NCBI RefSeq assembly: GCF_018350175.1
Contig: NC_058368.1
Coordinates: forward strand, 230,952,001-231,016,000
DNA: 64,000 bases
Direction: 5' to 3'
DNA from: Felis catus
Taxonomy: Eukaryota
Shown here: in pieces, positions 23,863-37,629 of the stretch
How the letters are laid out: the number at the start of each line of letters is the position of its first letter
How positions within the stretch are numbered: position 1 is the first letter of the stretch
Notes under the pieces: generated by a model
What the model saw: only the letters and a program-made list of their open reading frames with translations
What the model was told of the DNA's origin: nothing
Database searches by the model: none
Translations under genes and position numbers: made by a program

Positions 23863-24223
23863 ATTTAAAGAGAAGAGAGCACAAGTGATCCCAGGCTTAC
23901 AAGCTGCTACAGCTTTCAGCTTCTCTGATAACTAGAGTTCACTGCCACCAACATCCACATCCTCCCACCCACCTTGTCAGCTCACTGCTGCATAAAGGGT
24001 CTGGAAAACTTGTGACTCCATTTGGCAAGTGCCAAAATCTCATTTTGAACTTCTTTGGATGGAGGTATTTCTCAAGTGGTCTACAATTTGCAGACTTATA
24101 AACAAGGCATGCTGGACACAATGTAACCTCTTCCTTTCTACATGATTACACAAGGGGCTCATATTTATTACAGAAAAAAAAATCTGAAAACAGAGAAGAA
24201 AAAAATTACCCAGACATACACAA

Positions 24224-24228
<5 letters not shown>

Positions 24229-24266
<38 letters not shown>
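24229..24266. repeat. (CA)19 microsatellite
   Basis: Direct reading. Confidence 0.97.
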
Positions 24267-24267
<1 letters not shown>

Positions 24268-25340
24268 TTTTTCTATGCCAAAATAGGATTATCTGCTATT
24301 ATGTTTCAATGAGGAATATATGAGCAACATCTTTTCAAATCAATAAAAACACTCCGTGTCAACATCTCCAGCAGACACGGAACATTATATTCTAGAACAC
24401 AGCATAGTAGTATCTAGTATACAATAGCCATTATATATCTACAATAGTATCTACTATATAATAACTATTCATAGTTATTTAATGAATCTTCACTCCTAGA
24501 TACTGAGATTGATTCCTATTTCTCGCTATTATGAGTAAAATTTGCAATGGAAGTCCCCCAAACCACACCTTCATGCATCCCATTCCTTACGGTCTCAGGA
24601 GACATTCTCAGAAGTAGTATTTCTGGCCTGTAGTAAAGAGGTATCTTGAAAGCTTTCAACACATACTGAAAACCTGCCCTTCAGAAATATCCTAAAGGGT
24701 GTCCACCTTTGTCAGTCTGGCCATCCAATGGTTACCTAAGGACTCTGGGTTAAAAGGAGGAATTTCCATCGGCAGATAACAAAGCAATGAATGTTCTCCA
24801 GTGCTCCTGTGCACCTGCCTCTTGGTTCAGCTCTCTCTTTTGAGATGCTCACCTCCATTCCTTGTTACCACAACCACTGGGAGGGTCCACTCTGGACCCA
24901 CAGCCCCTTCCAGCCACCTAATGTAAGACTTCCCAAAACGTGCAGCACGCTGCTGCTGGCAGTAGCCTTGGGGAAATCTTGGCACGACCTTAGGTCAAAA
25001 ATGAAGAGTATCAGGGGGAAAAATAGACAACTAACTTGGAAGGCTCAGGATAAAATGGTATCAGAAACAGAAGGGATATATCTAGTCTCCCAACAGAGAC
25101 TGACTTACATTACTATTAAAGACAATTGTCTTTGTTCCCTGCCCCCTGGGAGTCTATCCCATAAGTCTGATATTTCCCTGTGTAAGATTAGTGTTTAACT
25201 ACAGGTTAAACTCTGTTTAAACTGGGGCCCCTTGGTGCCCCTTGACAGGAACGTTGGAGGTACAGTCTTTGGCCATCTCAGACCATGGTTTCCCAAGACC
25301 AACCGCAACAAAAGTCTCATCACAAAGGCAAATAAATATT

Positions 25341-25562
25341 GGAGCACCTGGGTGGCTCAGTCGATGGAGCATCCGACTTCGGCTCAGGTCATGATCTCAC
25401 GGTTCATGAGTTCAAGCCCCGCATCAGGCTCTGTGCTGACAGCTCAGAGCCTGGAGCTTTTTTCGGATTCCGTGTCTCCCTCTCTCTCTGCCCCTCCCCA
25501 GCTCACTCTCTCTCTCTCTCTCTCTCTCTCTCAAAAATAAGTAAACATTTTTTTTAAAAAAA
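25341..25562 (+). mobile_element. CanSINE
   Basis: Head, CT tract and tail; TSD ending ataaatatt. Confidence 0.92.
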
Positions 25563-26099
25563 GCCAGATAAATATTAACCACTTGCTCTAATGACAGAAG
25601 CCCATTTGTGGATGGTTCCTAAAGCCACATATAGGATTTTTTTTTAATTATAAGCAAACTGTCCATGAGAATAAAATAATATTATTAAGAAAAAAAATAA
25701 GTAAACTACCTACAAGTGGAAGTTCCCATTTGGACATCAGCTGGAAATTCTAGTCCCTCCAAATAGAACCTTAATTTTGAAGCCAACACACCACAGAAAA
25801 GTTGGAAGGACAACAACAAAATGGGTTGAGATGATTCTGCTTAAAAATTGTAAGGGTTGGTACATGGAAAAAAACCAAATAAACAAATGCAGACCCCATT
25901 CCTTGCAGGAAGAAATGAGGATCTAACACCAGGATATTAGCAACATCATTTATTATGTTGACAAATAAAGAGGGGGAGGCAGGAAGAAGAAAGGTGATCA
26001 ACACACACACACAAACATCCAGAAAATGCACAGGAAACATCTAGATGAATTACACCAACGTATTAATGCCCTCTGTAGAAGGAATGGGAATAGAGTGCA

Positions 26100-26440
26100 T
26101 GTGATGGTTAAGTTGATGTGTCATAAATTTACATTGTACCCAGGTATCTGGTCAAACATTATTCTAGGTATTTCTGTGAAGGAGGTTTTTTGTTTTTTGG
26201 GGTTTTTCGTTTGTTTCTTTGTTTTTAATGAGACTAACATTTAAACACACAAATAGACACACATCTACGTAGTTATATGTAATTGTTATATAATTATATA
26301 TAGCTAAATAGATACACATCTGTGTATGTGTGTATCTAGCTATAAATACATATAGAGACACATGCATAGATACATAGAGATCTCCAGGTACACACAGAGA
26401 TTCTGTTGGGCTATTTCTCTAGAGACTCCAGAATAATTCA
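26100..26440 (+). mobile_element. ERVL LTR (MLT2-like), internally deleted
   Basis: tgtgatggttaagttgatgtgtca...tggtcaaacattattctaggtatttctgtga...tttctctagagactccagaataattca. Confidence 0.75.
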
Positions 26441-26524
26441 AGGTAGGTGTGGGAAAGGAACACTTTAAAAGAACTGCTTTTTATTCTTTTTATTCTTTAC
26501 TTTTCTGCACAGTTCACATTCTTT

Positions 26525-26749
26525 ATTTTATTTTGTTTACATTTATTCTTTATTTACTTTTAAGAGAGAAAGAGAGCACGAGCAGGGGAGGGACAGAGAG
26601 AGAAGGAGACAGAGAATCCCAAACAGGCTCTGTGCTATCAGCACAGAGCCCGATGCTGGGCTCAAACCCACAAACCGTGAGGTCGTGACCTGAGCCAAAA
26701 TCAAGAGCTGAACATTTAACATTTAACCAACTGAGCCACCCAGGCACCC
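26525..26749 (-). mobile_element. CanSINE
   Basis: Head at about 26749, GA tract and T tail. Confidence 0.9.
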
Positions 26750-29711
26750 CCCCTCCTCTTTTTTGTTATGTTTGTACAGCTCACATTCTTTAAAACAAAG
26801 TCGTATTTGTGAGGAACTTACACGATTTTAATTCACAATGAAAAACAAGTACAAGTAATGATGTTTACATGCATAACATTCTCATTAGGAAATACAGTTT
26901 TATAACCACCACTGTAAGCAGTCCAGGAAAGAACCATCTGTGAGGAGGGGAGGAGGGGCAGCGGGCAGACGAAGCAGGAGATGACAAACAGCCAAGTGAA
27001 GAGACCGGGACACCAAGAAGCCCACAGAAATCCCACAGCCATATAGTACAAAAGTAGGTACAGTAATTATCCTGATCATCCAGAAGGAAAAGGGTATTGC
27101 CCACGTTCTGATGCGAGAACAAAATTCCATCATTCATAGTACAACCGTTTAAAGTTTGGTACCAAGAGAATTAGCTAGAGTTACTCGAAAACCCGTGTCT
27201 ATAAAACACCTCTCTCCGTTCTCTATCACGATACCACCGGCAGGAAGCAGGAAATGTTTATGCAGCTTTAGGAATAAACTTAAGAAACTCAGTCATCTAA
27301 AGATATGCTGTTATTTCTAGAAGATGCCATGAGTTACGGCTAGCATGGGTGTGATTTGCTGGCCATACTGTGTTTGGCACAGTTTCAACAATCTTATTTA
27401 TGATTAATGGGCACCATGATGAAAAAGTAAATCCCAGGATGGGAATTTGATCTATGTCGGTCACTGCCGCGTCCTCAGCTCCAAGAACGATGCCGAGCTG
27501 TTACGTACTTGTTGAACAAATAAATGAATACTAGGAATTTTAGCAAACAGCTTCTTCCCAGAGGGTAAATGGATGTGGCCTTTGTGCTACCACATTTTGA
27601 CGGCAAGGGCATGGCCAGGACCCTCTGGACAGCGGGCAGTGTCTACCACCAGCCTTCTGCTGCTCCCACCTTGGCCCATGCCCTTACACGCGCGCTTGGA
27701 AGGCAAAAAGATCCAGCAACTACGATCACCCTCACATTGCCTGAGCTTGCAGGCTTCAAACATTTCTCACCAAACTATCACTTTGTAAAACGTTGCTTTT
27801 GTGTTTCGCACCTCGTAAAACATTTGCAGCTTCGGTGAGGAGATGTTTTACTCTAAGAAGCGGTTCCTGCTCCCTTGAGACATGCTCACAATTGGGATGG
27901 CTGATTAGGTCAAGGGAGCAGTTGGGGGATGGTCAGGAAAATCCATACTCTCGGGGGAAGCGCTGTCTGCACGCCTGGAAGTCTGTCAGACAGACGTTAA
28001 TAAGACAGATGCTAGGCTGGCCGTCTAGAACTAAAAGTCACAGCAAAGTGTCCCTCTGTTAACGTCCAAGATGATGTGAATTAAAATCAAGGGCCTAAGA
28101 ATGCCCACTGCAGGGTGGAGGTGGGAATCCAGGATAAAAATAAATCAGACCACTGGATGCAGCAAAGACAATGGCCCGAGAAAAGAGAGGTCCCTGCGAG
28201 GGACGGGTTCCTGGTTCAGCCCCACACAGTAGAGCAGGCACACTCGGACCTGTGCAAGCAGAAGACTGACACAGACAGTCTACTCTGAGAGTCTTGTGAA
28301 AACACCTCCTTCCCATCTAATTAACCTAGTCTCTCAACGAGGTTCCCAAAGGAAGGGGCTGGGTATTCTATGAAAGTCTTCCCCTGACACCAGTCCATTA
28401 TTTCCATAGATTATGGAGAGAAGGTGAGTGATGAAGCGACAAGCCCGGCCCCACAGGCAGGAATGCTTTCCATGCCCGGAACACGGAAGGGGCTTGGGAG
28501 AGGTCTGTGCACCTGCACGGCAGGGAATCGTTGACCTGAGCCGTCTTATAGAGATGCCCGATGATGCATGTCAAATGGCACCGCTCCTCTTAAATTCTTC
28601 ATTAAACTAAGAAACGGTTGTGGCTCGAGGCAAACCCTGCCTGCCTGTGTTAGGGGAGTTGCATGAACTCAACCGCCCAGGCAGCAAACTTCCTCTCTGA
28701 AGCGTCTCCCCAAGAATGCACGTTAGCATGCAATTTCTAAGATACAACATCTATTTTCCTTTAAAGACACACACTTGTAAGACTTCCTAGATGTGATTTT
28801 TTAGTATCTGGAGCAGGATTACTTCCTCCGATGTGTTGTCAGAAGTTTGGAGGGTAAAGAGATGTCCAGGTCTGGTGGAAAGGGGTTGGGGGTGACCGCC
28901 TGGCCAGCAGGCAGGTCCCAAGGGCACCTCCCACTGCAGTGTGTAACCCCAGCACCTCTCAGAAAGCAGTTCACAGGAACGAGCACCATGGAACATTCCG
29001 TGTACAGCGTGTGCAAACACACGCTTCCTGAGGGCCTACTTGTGTCAGGCACAGTTCAACGCTGGGGGACGCAAGGGAACCAGGCAGAAATCAGCATAGC
29101 CCCTGACAATCCACTTGTGCACAGACAGCCCCTACACCCAGCAGCAATCTCCGGGATGTATGCAAGAGTGTTCCTTGTAGACTAATTCCAAATGCTGAGA
29201 AAAGTAAAGTAGAAAGTCAGTAATGTAACAAACACCCTCGTCACTCAGCTACATGAACAAAGGCTAATATTCTGTCATAATGGCTCCACATTCCTGTGAG
29301 AAGTCAACATTCCAGAAGGAGCTGACCTTCCTTTTGTATCCTTCCTCCCCAGAGGCAACCAGTTTCTGCGCTGATATGTATCCTGACTTGCCTTTTGAAT
29401 TTTTATTACCAATGCATGTGTCCATAATAGGTTAAATATAGAGTTGTTAGTTTGTATTTTAAATATTTACAGAAAAGTTGTATTTCCATGGATATACGAG
29501 CACGCACCCTGATTTCCTCGGCGCTAGATGTGAGATGTATCATCTTCAAACATGGGTCTCTCGCCGGTCATTTATACCCCCAAACTGGCAGACACTTAAA
29601 GTGGTTCCAAAGTTCCTCAACTGTAAATATGGAGCACTGAGTGAAAACCTTGGTCTGTATCTCCTCACGCACACCAGCTAGAGCTCTACCTTGGAATCGG
29701 CATCTGGAAGT

Positions 29712-29940
29712 CAGGGTTTCTCGACTACAGCACCACTTATATTCAGGCCCTGTAGCCGTTTATTGTGAGAGGTGAGCCATGTACTGAAGGATGTTTAACT
29801 GCATCCCTGGCCACTACTCACTAAATGCCAATAGCATCCTGCACCCCCAATTAATGACAACCCAAAATGTCTCCAGACATTGCCAAATACCCCCCAGCCC
29901 GGGGAAGGGAGGGCAAAATCATCCCCAGGCAAGAAATACC
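29712..29940. mobile_element. MER20 inside an old minus-strand L1ME fragment
   Basis: cagggtttctc...gcatccctggcc...gacaacccaaaatgtctccagacattgccaaat. Confidence 0.85.
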
Positions 29941-30069
29941 TATATACATAGGCAGAATCTGCCAAAATTCTCCCCAAAGTGGTTGTAATTACTTAAATGC
30001 CGCCACTGGTATATCCAAGTTACAATCTTCATTCTCACCAATATCCAATACTGTAAGCGATACCAACTT

Positions 30070-30285
30070 TTCTTTTTTTCTTTTTCTTTTTTTTTAAGTT
30101 TACTTATTTATTTTGAAAGGGGGGAGGGGAAGGGGCAGACAGAGAGGGACAGAAAAATACCAAGCAGGCTCCATGATGCCGGCGTAGAGCCCGATATGGG
30201 GCTCGAACTCACGAACCATGAGATCAAGACCCGAGCTAAAACCAAGAGTCGGGTGGTCAACTGAATGAGTCACCCAGGTTCCCCC
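30070..30285 (-). mobile_element. CanSINE
   Basis: Head, B box and tail; flanking ccaacttttctt repeats. Confidence 0.88.
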
Positions 30286-30463
30286 CAACTTTTCTTCTTC
30301 ACCAATTTTAGCTTGGGTTCCCAACTGCCAGACTGAAGGTCTTCCACACGTTTATTGGTCATCTGCTTTTCTTCTCCAGTGAAGGACTGATTTACACCCT
30401 TGGCCATTTCCTACTGGCTTCTCTTCCTTATTGATCAGTCTGAGTTCTTTACAGATTCCGAGT

Positions 30464-30657
30464 CAGCACCGTCCAAGAGAAATATAACAGGAGCCACAAA
30501 TATAAGCCACATATTAATTGTAAATGTCCTGGTGGCCACATTCAGAAAGGCAAAAAGAGACAGGGGCTATTCATCTTAAATATGCATTTTACTTAACCGA
30601 GCATATCCCAAATACGTTACGCGTTTAACACATTATCAACATTAAAAATTTTGATGA
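30464..30657. mobile_element. MER33-like hAT MITE fragment
   Basis: cagcaccgtccaagagaaatataac...gccacat...tggccacatt...ttttacttaacc. Confidence 0.7.
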
Positions 30658-30878
30658 GGGGCACCTGGGTGGCGCAGTCGGTTAAGCGTCCGACTTCAGC
30701 CAGGTCACGATCTCGCGGTCTGTGAGTTCGAGCCCCACGTCGGGCTCTGGGCTGATGGCTCAGAGCCTGGAGCCTGTTTCCGATTCTGTGTCTCCCTCTC
30801 TCTCTGCCCCTCCCCCGTTCATGCTCTATCTCTCTCTGTCCCAAAAATAAATAAACGTTGAAAAAAAAAATTTTTTTT
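30658..30878 (+). mobile_element. Young felid SINEC
   Basis: GGCGCAGTCGG variant; flanks share ttttgatga. Confidence 0.93.
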
Positions 30879-31139
30879 GATGAGATATTAATGAGACCTA
30901 AGTCTTGACGGGAAGCCCCGAGTCACACTGAAATTGCCAGAAATGAGCTTTTTGCTGCATCTCCTAGAAAGGGGCAAAGGGAATTGTCGTTGACAGTTGT
31001 TGACTCAATATTGTCAGCGCTATCAATAATAAGGTGAACGCACTGAGAGTCTAGCAGAAAAACGAGTGGTTGGAAGCTTGCCATCTAGGGTGTTTTGCTA
31101 TCCCAAGTAACCCTCAGCATTCCTCAAAATGTCCTGATG

Positions 31140-31360
31140 GGGGCACCTGGGTGGCTCAGTCAGTTGAGCATCCGACTTCGGCTTGGGTCATGATCTCGCG
31201 GTCCGTGAGTTCGAGCCCCGCGTCGGGCTCTGTGTGGACAGCTCAGAGCCTGGAGCCTGCTTGGGATTCTGTGTCTCCCTTCCTCCCTGCTCCTCCCCTG
31301 TTTGCACTCTGTCTCTCTCTCCCCCAAAATAAACAAACATTAAAAAATAAAATAAAAACA
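31140..31360 (+). mobile_element. CanSINE
   Basis: Head, CT tract and tail; TSD caaaatgtcctgatgg/caaaacgccctaatgg. Confidence 0.92.
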
Positions 31361-31859
31361 CAAAACGCCCTAATGGGCGTCTTTCATCCTCTTTTCCTGT
31401 CATCTACATGCGGAGGGCCCACACTCACCCACATGTGGGTGACAGTCCATGAGGGAATTGGTAAGGTACACAATAAAACCTTGAAAAACAAAACAAAACA
31501 CAAAACAAGGGCAATCCAGTTGTGGGAGTCCCTGGAGCTGTCCCCACACTGTCTCCTCGTCTTGCCAGAACCATTTTGGTAGAACTGCATGCACCCATGG
31601 TTCTAGAAGTCCGACTCAACCCATCTTGCTTTAGGTAACAAGGCGTAAGTGGAATGCATTTGTTACTTCCAGACAGAAGTTTCAGGACACAGGGCATCGG
31701 GGGCCACATCCCCTTCTTTCTGTGTTGACGCTCCCTGAAATTCAGAGACGGGACGTCTCTCAGCCTGGGCCTGGGCGAGGGCTTGGAGAGCTGAGTCCCA
31801 CCGCCACCTCCAGCCAACCCAGAAGAGCACGAATGAGCGAATGAGAAGCGAATCTTTGT

Positions 31860-32072
31860 TATTTTAATTTTTTTAACGTTTATTTTTTTGAGAGAGAGAC
31901 AGAGAGCCCATGCCTGCGAGTGTGAGGGGGGGAAGGGCAGAGAGAGAGGGAGACACAGAACTCGAAGCAGGCTGAGAGCACAGAGCCCGACACAGGGCTC
32001 GAACTCATGAACCGTGAGATCACGACCTGAGCTGAAGTCAGACACTTAGCCAACTGAGCCACGCGGGCGCCC
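31860..32072 (-). mobile_element. CanSINE
   Basis: Head at 32072; TSD gaatctttgttatttta/gaacctttgttatttta. Confidence 0.92.
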
Positions 32073-32339
32073 TGAACCTTTGTTATTTTAAATCCCAGAG
32101 ACTCGGGGTTGTTCTTTACCACAGCAAACACACCATATCCAAACATGACCTACAAACCCATGCACAGTGAACATGTCCATATGTACGCTTATACATGTGT
32201 CAGTAGTTTTGCTATTTATTTTTTCCTTGGGAAAAACCATCCTTTCTTTTCAGATTATCTTTGCTACTTGACTGGGTATAAGACGTACTTTCACTTACAA
32301 TATGATGGAGATAGAGTTTATATGTTTAATTTCTTTCTT

Positions 32340-32838
32340 AGCTTGCAGAATAAAAGCCTGGTAGCTACGTTGTGCCACATGATCCAAAACCACTTACACA
32401 AGGCCTGTCCTCCCGCCTTTAACCACTGGTCCACGCGGTGCCATAAATGGTACCTGAGCGCCTGCGCGTGCCGCTACCGGGGCTTCTGACCTCTCACGCG
32501 GCCACACAAAGTCCCCAGGGCCGACCTTCGCCACTACCTTGACTCAGTTCGCCGTGCCTCCAAGCCTTTGCACCTGCGGTGGCCTCCACCTGGGACACCT
32601 TCCTCCCGCTCACAGCCACCGTCCCTGGTCTCCCAGGCACACGTCCGATCCTCTGCCCGTCTTGGGCCAGCCCCCCCCCCCCACACCCATCTGCTCGTGC
32701 TCTCACTGGGCTGCCTGGCACACAGCACTCCCCACCGGAAGCGAGCTCCAAGCCGAGAAGCACCGCATCCTTCTGACTCTGTTCCCCCAGTGCCCGACGT
32801 CCGCAAGACACTCAGAAAGCATGCGTTGAATGAATGAA
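32340..32838 (+). mobile_element. LINE-2 3' end
   Basis: gcctttgcacctgcggtggcctccacctgggacacc...cccccagtgcccgac...ttgaatgaatgaa terminus. Confidence 0.75.
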
Positions 32839-33431
32839 ACGCCCCTGGACTGTTTCAGTACCTCCCAGCTCACATATGCTCAGCTGACTCTCAACTGAGG
32901 CACTCACACGTGGTGACAAGCTCCTGAGCTTTTTAACTTACTAACGCATCCAAGCAAGGAAATTACCTGAGGTCCCAGGGAACCTCAAAGAACCCAGTTC
33001 CCTTTAGAGTGGTAAATAGGACTCTAGGCCGATGCCGCCAGATCTGGAGCGGAGTAACCCAGCCGTGAAAGCAACAGCCGGACGCAAAGAAGTCGAAAGC
33101 AGGTTCAAGAATTCCACCGTGAGGAGCTCACTTCAAGGGGAATAACGGTACGTCAGGAGCTCTGCATAAAGCTCTGTAACTACAAAAGCCTGAAAACGGC
33201 CCAAATCCACATCAAGGGACGATGGGCTAATTGGACACCGGCTGTGGGACACTCTGTCGCCCCCAACAGGAATGAGGTTGGAATGCAGGAGCCTCAAGGG
33301 AAGGCACGGGTGAAAAGTAACAGTAAGCACAGGTCAGGACAGGGCATGTGATACAACTCTTCCGGGGGGACCTGCTAAAACGTGGACGTGACTCCTGGAA
33401 TGTCTATGTTCATTAAAGATCTTTTATTTTG

Positions 33432-33640
33432 GGGGCGCCTGGGTGGCTCAGTCGGTTGAGCGTCCGACTTTGGCTCAGGTCATGATCTAGAGGCTCGTGA
33501 GTTCGAGCCCCGCATCAGGCTCTGGGCTGACAGCTCGGAGCCTGGAGCCTGCTTCGGATTCTGTGTCTCCCTCTCTCTCTGCCCCTCGCCCATTCCCATG
33601 CTCTCTCTGTCTCTCAAAAATGAATAAACTTAAAAAAAAA
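33432..33640 (+). mobile_element. CanSINE
   Basis: Full copy; flanks share agatctttta. Confidence 0.93.
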
Positions 33641-34695
33641 AGAGAGATCTTTTACTTTTCTGAGAGGAGATAAAAGAAATTTAACTGGCCTCCTTGAAGG
33701 CACATATTGTAAGAAGGAGGCTTAGACGTTTTATGACATATTTTGGATTTGGTTCAAAGTCCTCTCAAGGCACACACGTATTTTTTGAGTACACAAATAA
33801 AGTTATTCTGGCAATGGGGTTCCAGGTTATGTTTATATTTTTATTCATGCTTTCTTGCATCAACTAAAGAGATGCCTAATAAATTGTTTTAAATCAGGAA
33901 ACCAAAACGAACATTACTGTGGCTCAAATGGATAAAATATAACCGGAAAACTCCTTCAGAGTCAGGGCTCATGCCTTGGGATGAGGAATAGACAAATCCA
34001 AAGTTGTCATAGTTCAAAACAATTTCCCTTTAGACTAAATTTTGCGAACCATGTGAATTATCACCACTCCAAACCTCTAGTTTGGACTTATAATTTTAGT
34101 ACGGTAGTCATTTTAGGAAATGACTTTGTTCAACTCAAGCCTTTCTTTAAATCCACTATGCACATATCATGCCCAGTATATGTGTTATACATTATATATG
34201 TATCAGGCTTGTCTAATTTCCCCAATAATGGCAGTGGTTTTCACACAGTCATCTTATATTCCGTGAGAGAAAACCAGGCCCGGTTCCCTAGAGATGCCCT
34301 GCCGGCAGCGACCTCCCATCATAATGACGTGTTCCTCTCGCCACTTATCCCCAAGTTTTTAAGACAGATCCACAAAGCTCCAGAGAGAACTTTAAGGAGG
34401 GAGAAGAACTAGAAGGGCAACATACACAAAACAGAATGGCACAGAGACCACCCTGCCAGCGGGGAAGGGTTCTGTGCGCCGCAACCCCACAGAAGCGGGC
34501 CCCCCAAGCCCCCGTCGGGCCATCAGACCACAGCCCAGGCCCAGCTGCAGCCTCATGCACGATCCTGAGTCAGAACCGCTCAATACCTGAGCCACAGACA
34601 CTGGCAGCGGATGCGAATGCCGATTGTTCTTCGACCACCGTATTTTGAGATGATGTTACGTGGCATTAGATGAACACTGGTGAGTCACAGGGGGA

Positions 34696-34702
<7 letters not shown>

Positions 34703-34730
<28 letters not shown>
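34703..34730. repeat. (CA)14 microsatellite
   Basis: Direct reading. Confidence 0.97.
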
Positions 34731-34732
<2 letters not shown>

Positions 34733-35017
34733 ACCTTCTGCGGCCCGCACACACGAACAACTTATGTTTCCCCACCATAAGACCTGGATTCTTGAACTAA
34801 GGTTGAATATACATTTATACAAAGAAGTATATAATTACACTAGGATTTCCTTAATAACCAACCATTAAAGTCTACTTGATATTATGCTAGGTACGGGGAG
34901 ATATAATTAATGCCACAAATCAGCTAAGTAAATCTGGGCTTACATCAGAACTCACTATATTCTCAGAAGACATGAACACAATGCTATTTCTTCCTTTTCT
35001 CAAAAATGTTCTCCTTT

Positions 35018-35240
35018 TGGGGCTGGGTGGCTCAGTCAGTTGGGCATCCGACTTCGGCTCAGGGCTCAGGTCATGATCTCATGGCTCCTGAGTTCGAGCC
35101 CCACGTCGGGCTCTGTGTTGACAGCTCAGAGCCTGGAGCCTACTTCGGATTCTGTGTCTCCCTCTCTCTCTGCCCCTAACCCACTCTCATTCTGTCTCTG
35201 TCTCTCTCAAAAATAAATAAACGTTAAAAAATTTTTTTTA
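35018..35240 (+). mobile_element. CanSINE
   Basis: TSD aatgttctccttttg; internal ggctcag duplication. Confidence 0.92.
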
Positions 35241-37629
35241 ATGTTCTCCTTTTGAAACTAGGGGGGAGAAAAGAGTTAAAGAAAATTTTTCTATTATATA
35301 ATCTTACACGTTATCAAGATCAATAAAACTGGGGTATATGAAGGATTTTTGCCATGAAGAAAGTCTTAAATCATAACGTAAAAATGAAAAAAATACATAC
35401 TTTAATAAGGTATATGTTTTATCATATACTTTTAATAAGGTTAATACATCGGCCTATAAAATGATCAACAATGCATTAAAAGAAAATTAAAAGCAAATGC
35501 ACTAAAATTTCCATCGTGATTGATTCTAGATTGTTCTAGATCTACACATTATAGGTGATTTCTTTTTCCTTAGACTCTTCTGTAGTAAAAAAGCCCATTT
35601 TTACTACAGTGAACACTTACTTCTACTTACTAATCAGAAAATGAAAAATGTTTAATGAAGAAAAAATTCTGATATATCTTCCCAGTCTCCTGCTTATTCG
35701 ATTTCATAAGCAAACCTGTGGACTGGGAGAAACTGGTATGAAAGAGACCTGGTGCTTATCCCTTTCTGGGAAGAGGTGAAAAAGGGTAGAAATACATTTG
35801 CAATCAAGCAAGCAATCCATAAATGAAAAACGAATCGACGCTTTCGGGACCTATGGGTTACCGTCAGCTTACTTTCTCGCAAAAACACTCCATTAAGTTT
35901 CAAGAAAGGAATCCAAGTTGCCCATTCCATCCTCAGCTGAAACGCTTGCTGGGTATTCAGCCTAGTCTGCCAAGCATTCCTCCCTCCAAAGCTCTACCCA
36001 GCTGGCCTGCGGTGGGCGCCCGGACAGCACTGCGTTCTCCTCGTGATAAATAAAACTCTACGCTTTGTGGGGGGCAATTTTGCTCACAAATACTGAGTCT
36101 GTAATGTACAAATACTGGCTTGGGTCACAGAGAGTGTGGCATAACACGGTACAGTGCCAACCAACCAATGGAGAATAAACACCTTGGCTAATTATTCCCC
36201 CAGACAACCTATTTACTGTGTTCTGATTGGTTTAGGTTCAACCCTGGCCACTCAGAAGGGGGTTCCGGGACCAGCAGCAGCATCCGGATGGCCGGTCACG
36301 ATCGCAGAACCTTAGGCACCAGTCCAGACCTGGTGAATCAGAGCGCGCATTTCACAAGCCCCCAGCTGGGCCATAGGACAAAAAGTGTGAGGCGTCCTAA
36401 AAGCAGCACGTGGCTCTCACATGGACATGATGATGGTTGTCACTGCACCTGGGAACCCAAGATACAGACTTCGGTCACCCCTCTTGGGTGGCCGGAAATA
36501 TGGCTCAGCTTGCTTTTCCCGTGCATTTTTGTTTCGATTGATTTTATTTTATTCTGATTTCCCGTTAATTTTTACCTTATTTTTTAATTCAACTTTCATG
36601 GATCTGATTCTGATTTTACCTCCTCCTGGCCGCCCGGGTGCCTCCAGCATCCTCTCACACGCCACCTAATTGGTCCTGCCTGCCCCCCCAACCCCCCCCG
36701 CCCCCGTCCTTGATCCTTCACTCTGAGCCATCCCTGGTCACAGGCTGAGATGGAGGGGTCACAGACAGAAGCTGAGATTGCAAGATTTTATGGTTTCTGT
36801 TTGCCTTATAGATCTAGGGGCACGAGACGTACGATGGTGTAAAGAAACAAATCCAGTAGGTCACCCTGCTTTCAGAACACTCTTTTGTCGACCCGTGAGT
36901 ATTTGGTCACCATCCGACAAGCTGATACTAATGATCGCATATGCCTGGCTGGGTGTTGAGAAGGCAAAGGTGAACTCTGAAATCAGACAGTCCTTCCCCA
37001 AGGGGACAGCCAGCCTAGGGACGCATACAGGGAAGTAAACAACAGTTCTGGGGCCTGCCCAGGCTGCAAGACGACAAGGGACCAGAACCAGTTGGGGGAA
37101 GGACGCTAGCATCCCCCGGCTGAGCCAAACAAAGGCAGGGGGCCCAGTGGTGCCAGGGAGGGTGGGGAAGATGTCCCAAGTGCTGGACAAGCATGTGCAA
37201 AAGGCTGGGGGGTTGACAGCGCCTGGGGACTTCGGGAAATCATGAAGGGCTGGCGTAGAGGGCCAAAGAGCCGGAGTCATGTCCGAAGCTAGGGAGAACC
37301 AAGCAAGGTCTGAGGCAGGGTGCATCAGGAACAGATGTGCCTCTCACCTGAGAGGTAGGGTGGAAGAGGAGAGCTTTGCCATTTTCTTCTATTTTCAAAA
37401 TATTCGGTAAGTATGTGGGCCCCCCACCCCGACTTTTCAAGCTGATTTGGCAACTCCTTCATGATTTAAGATGTAATTGAAACTGACATCTGTCTGTCTG
37501 ACTCATATCTGTCAGGGCTGCTGGCTTCAACAGAACATTCCGGGCTCTGGGATGCCTGTTCTCCAGGTGTTCATTAATGTCTTCTAACTTGACTTTTTTT
37601 TTTTAATGTAAAAATTTAAATTATAACCT

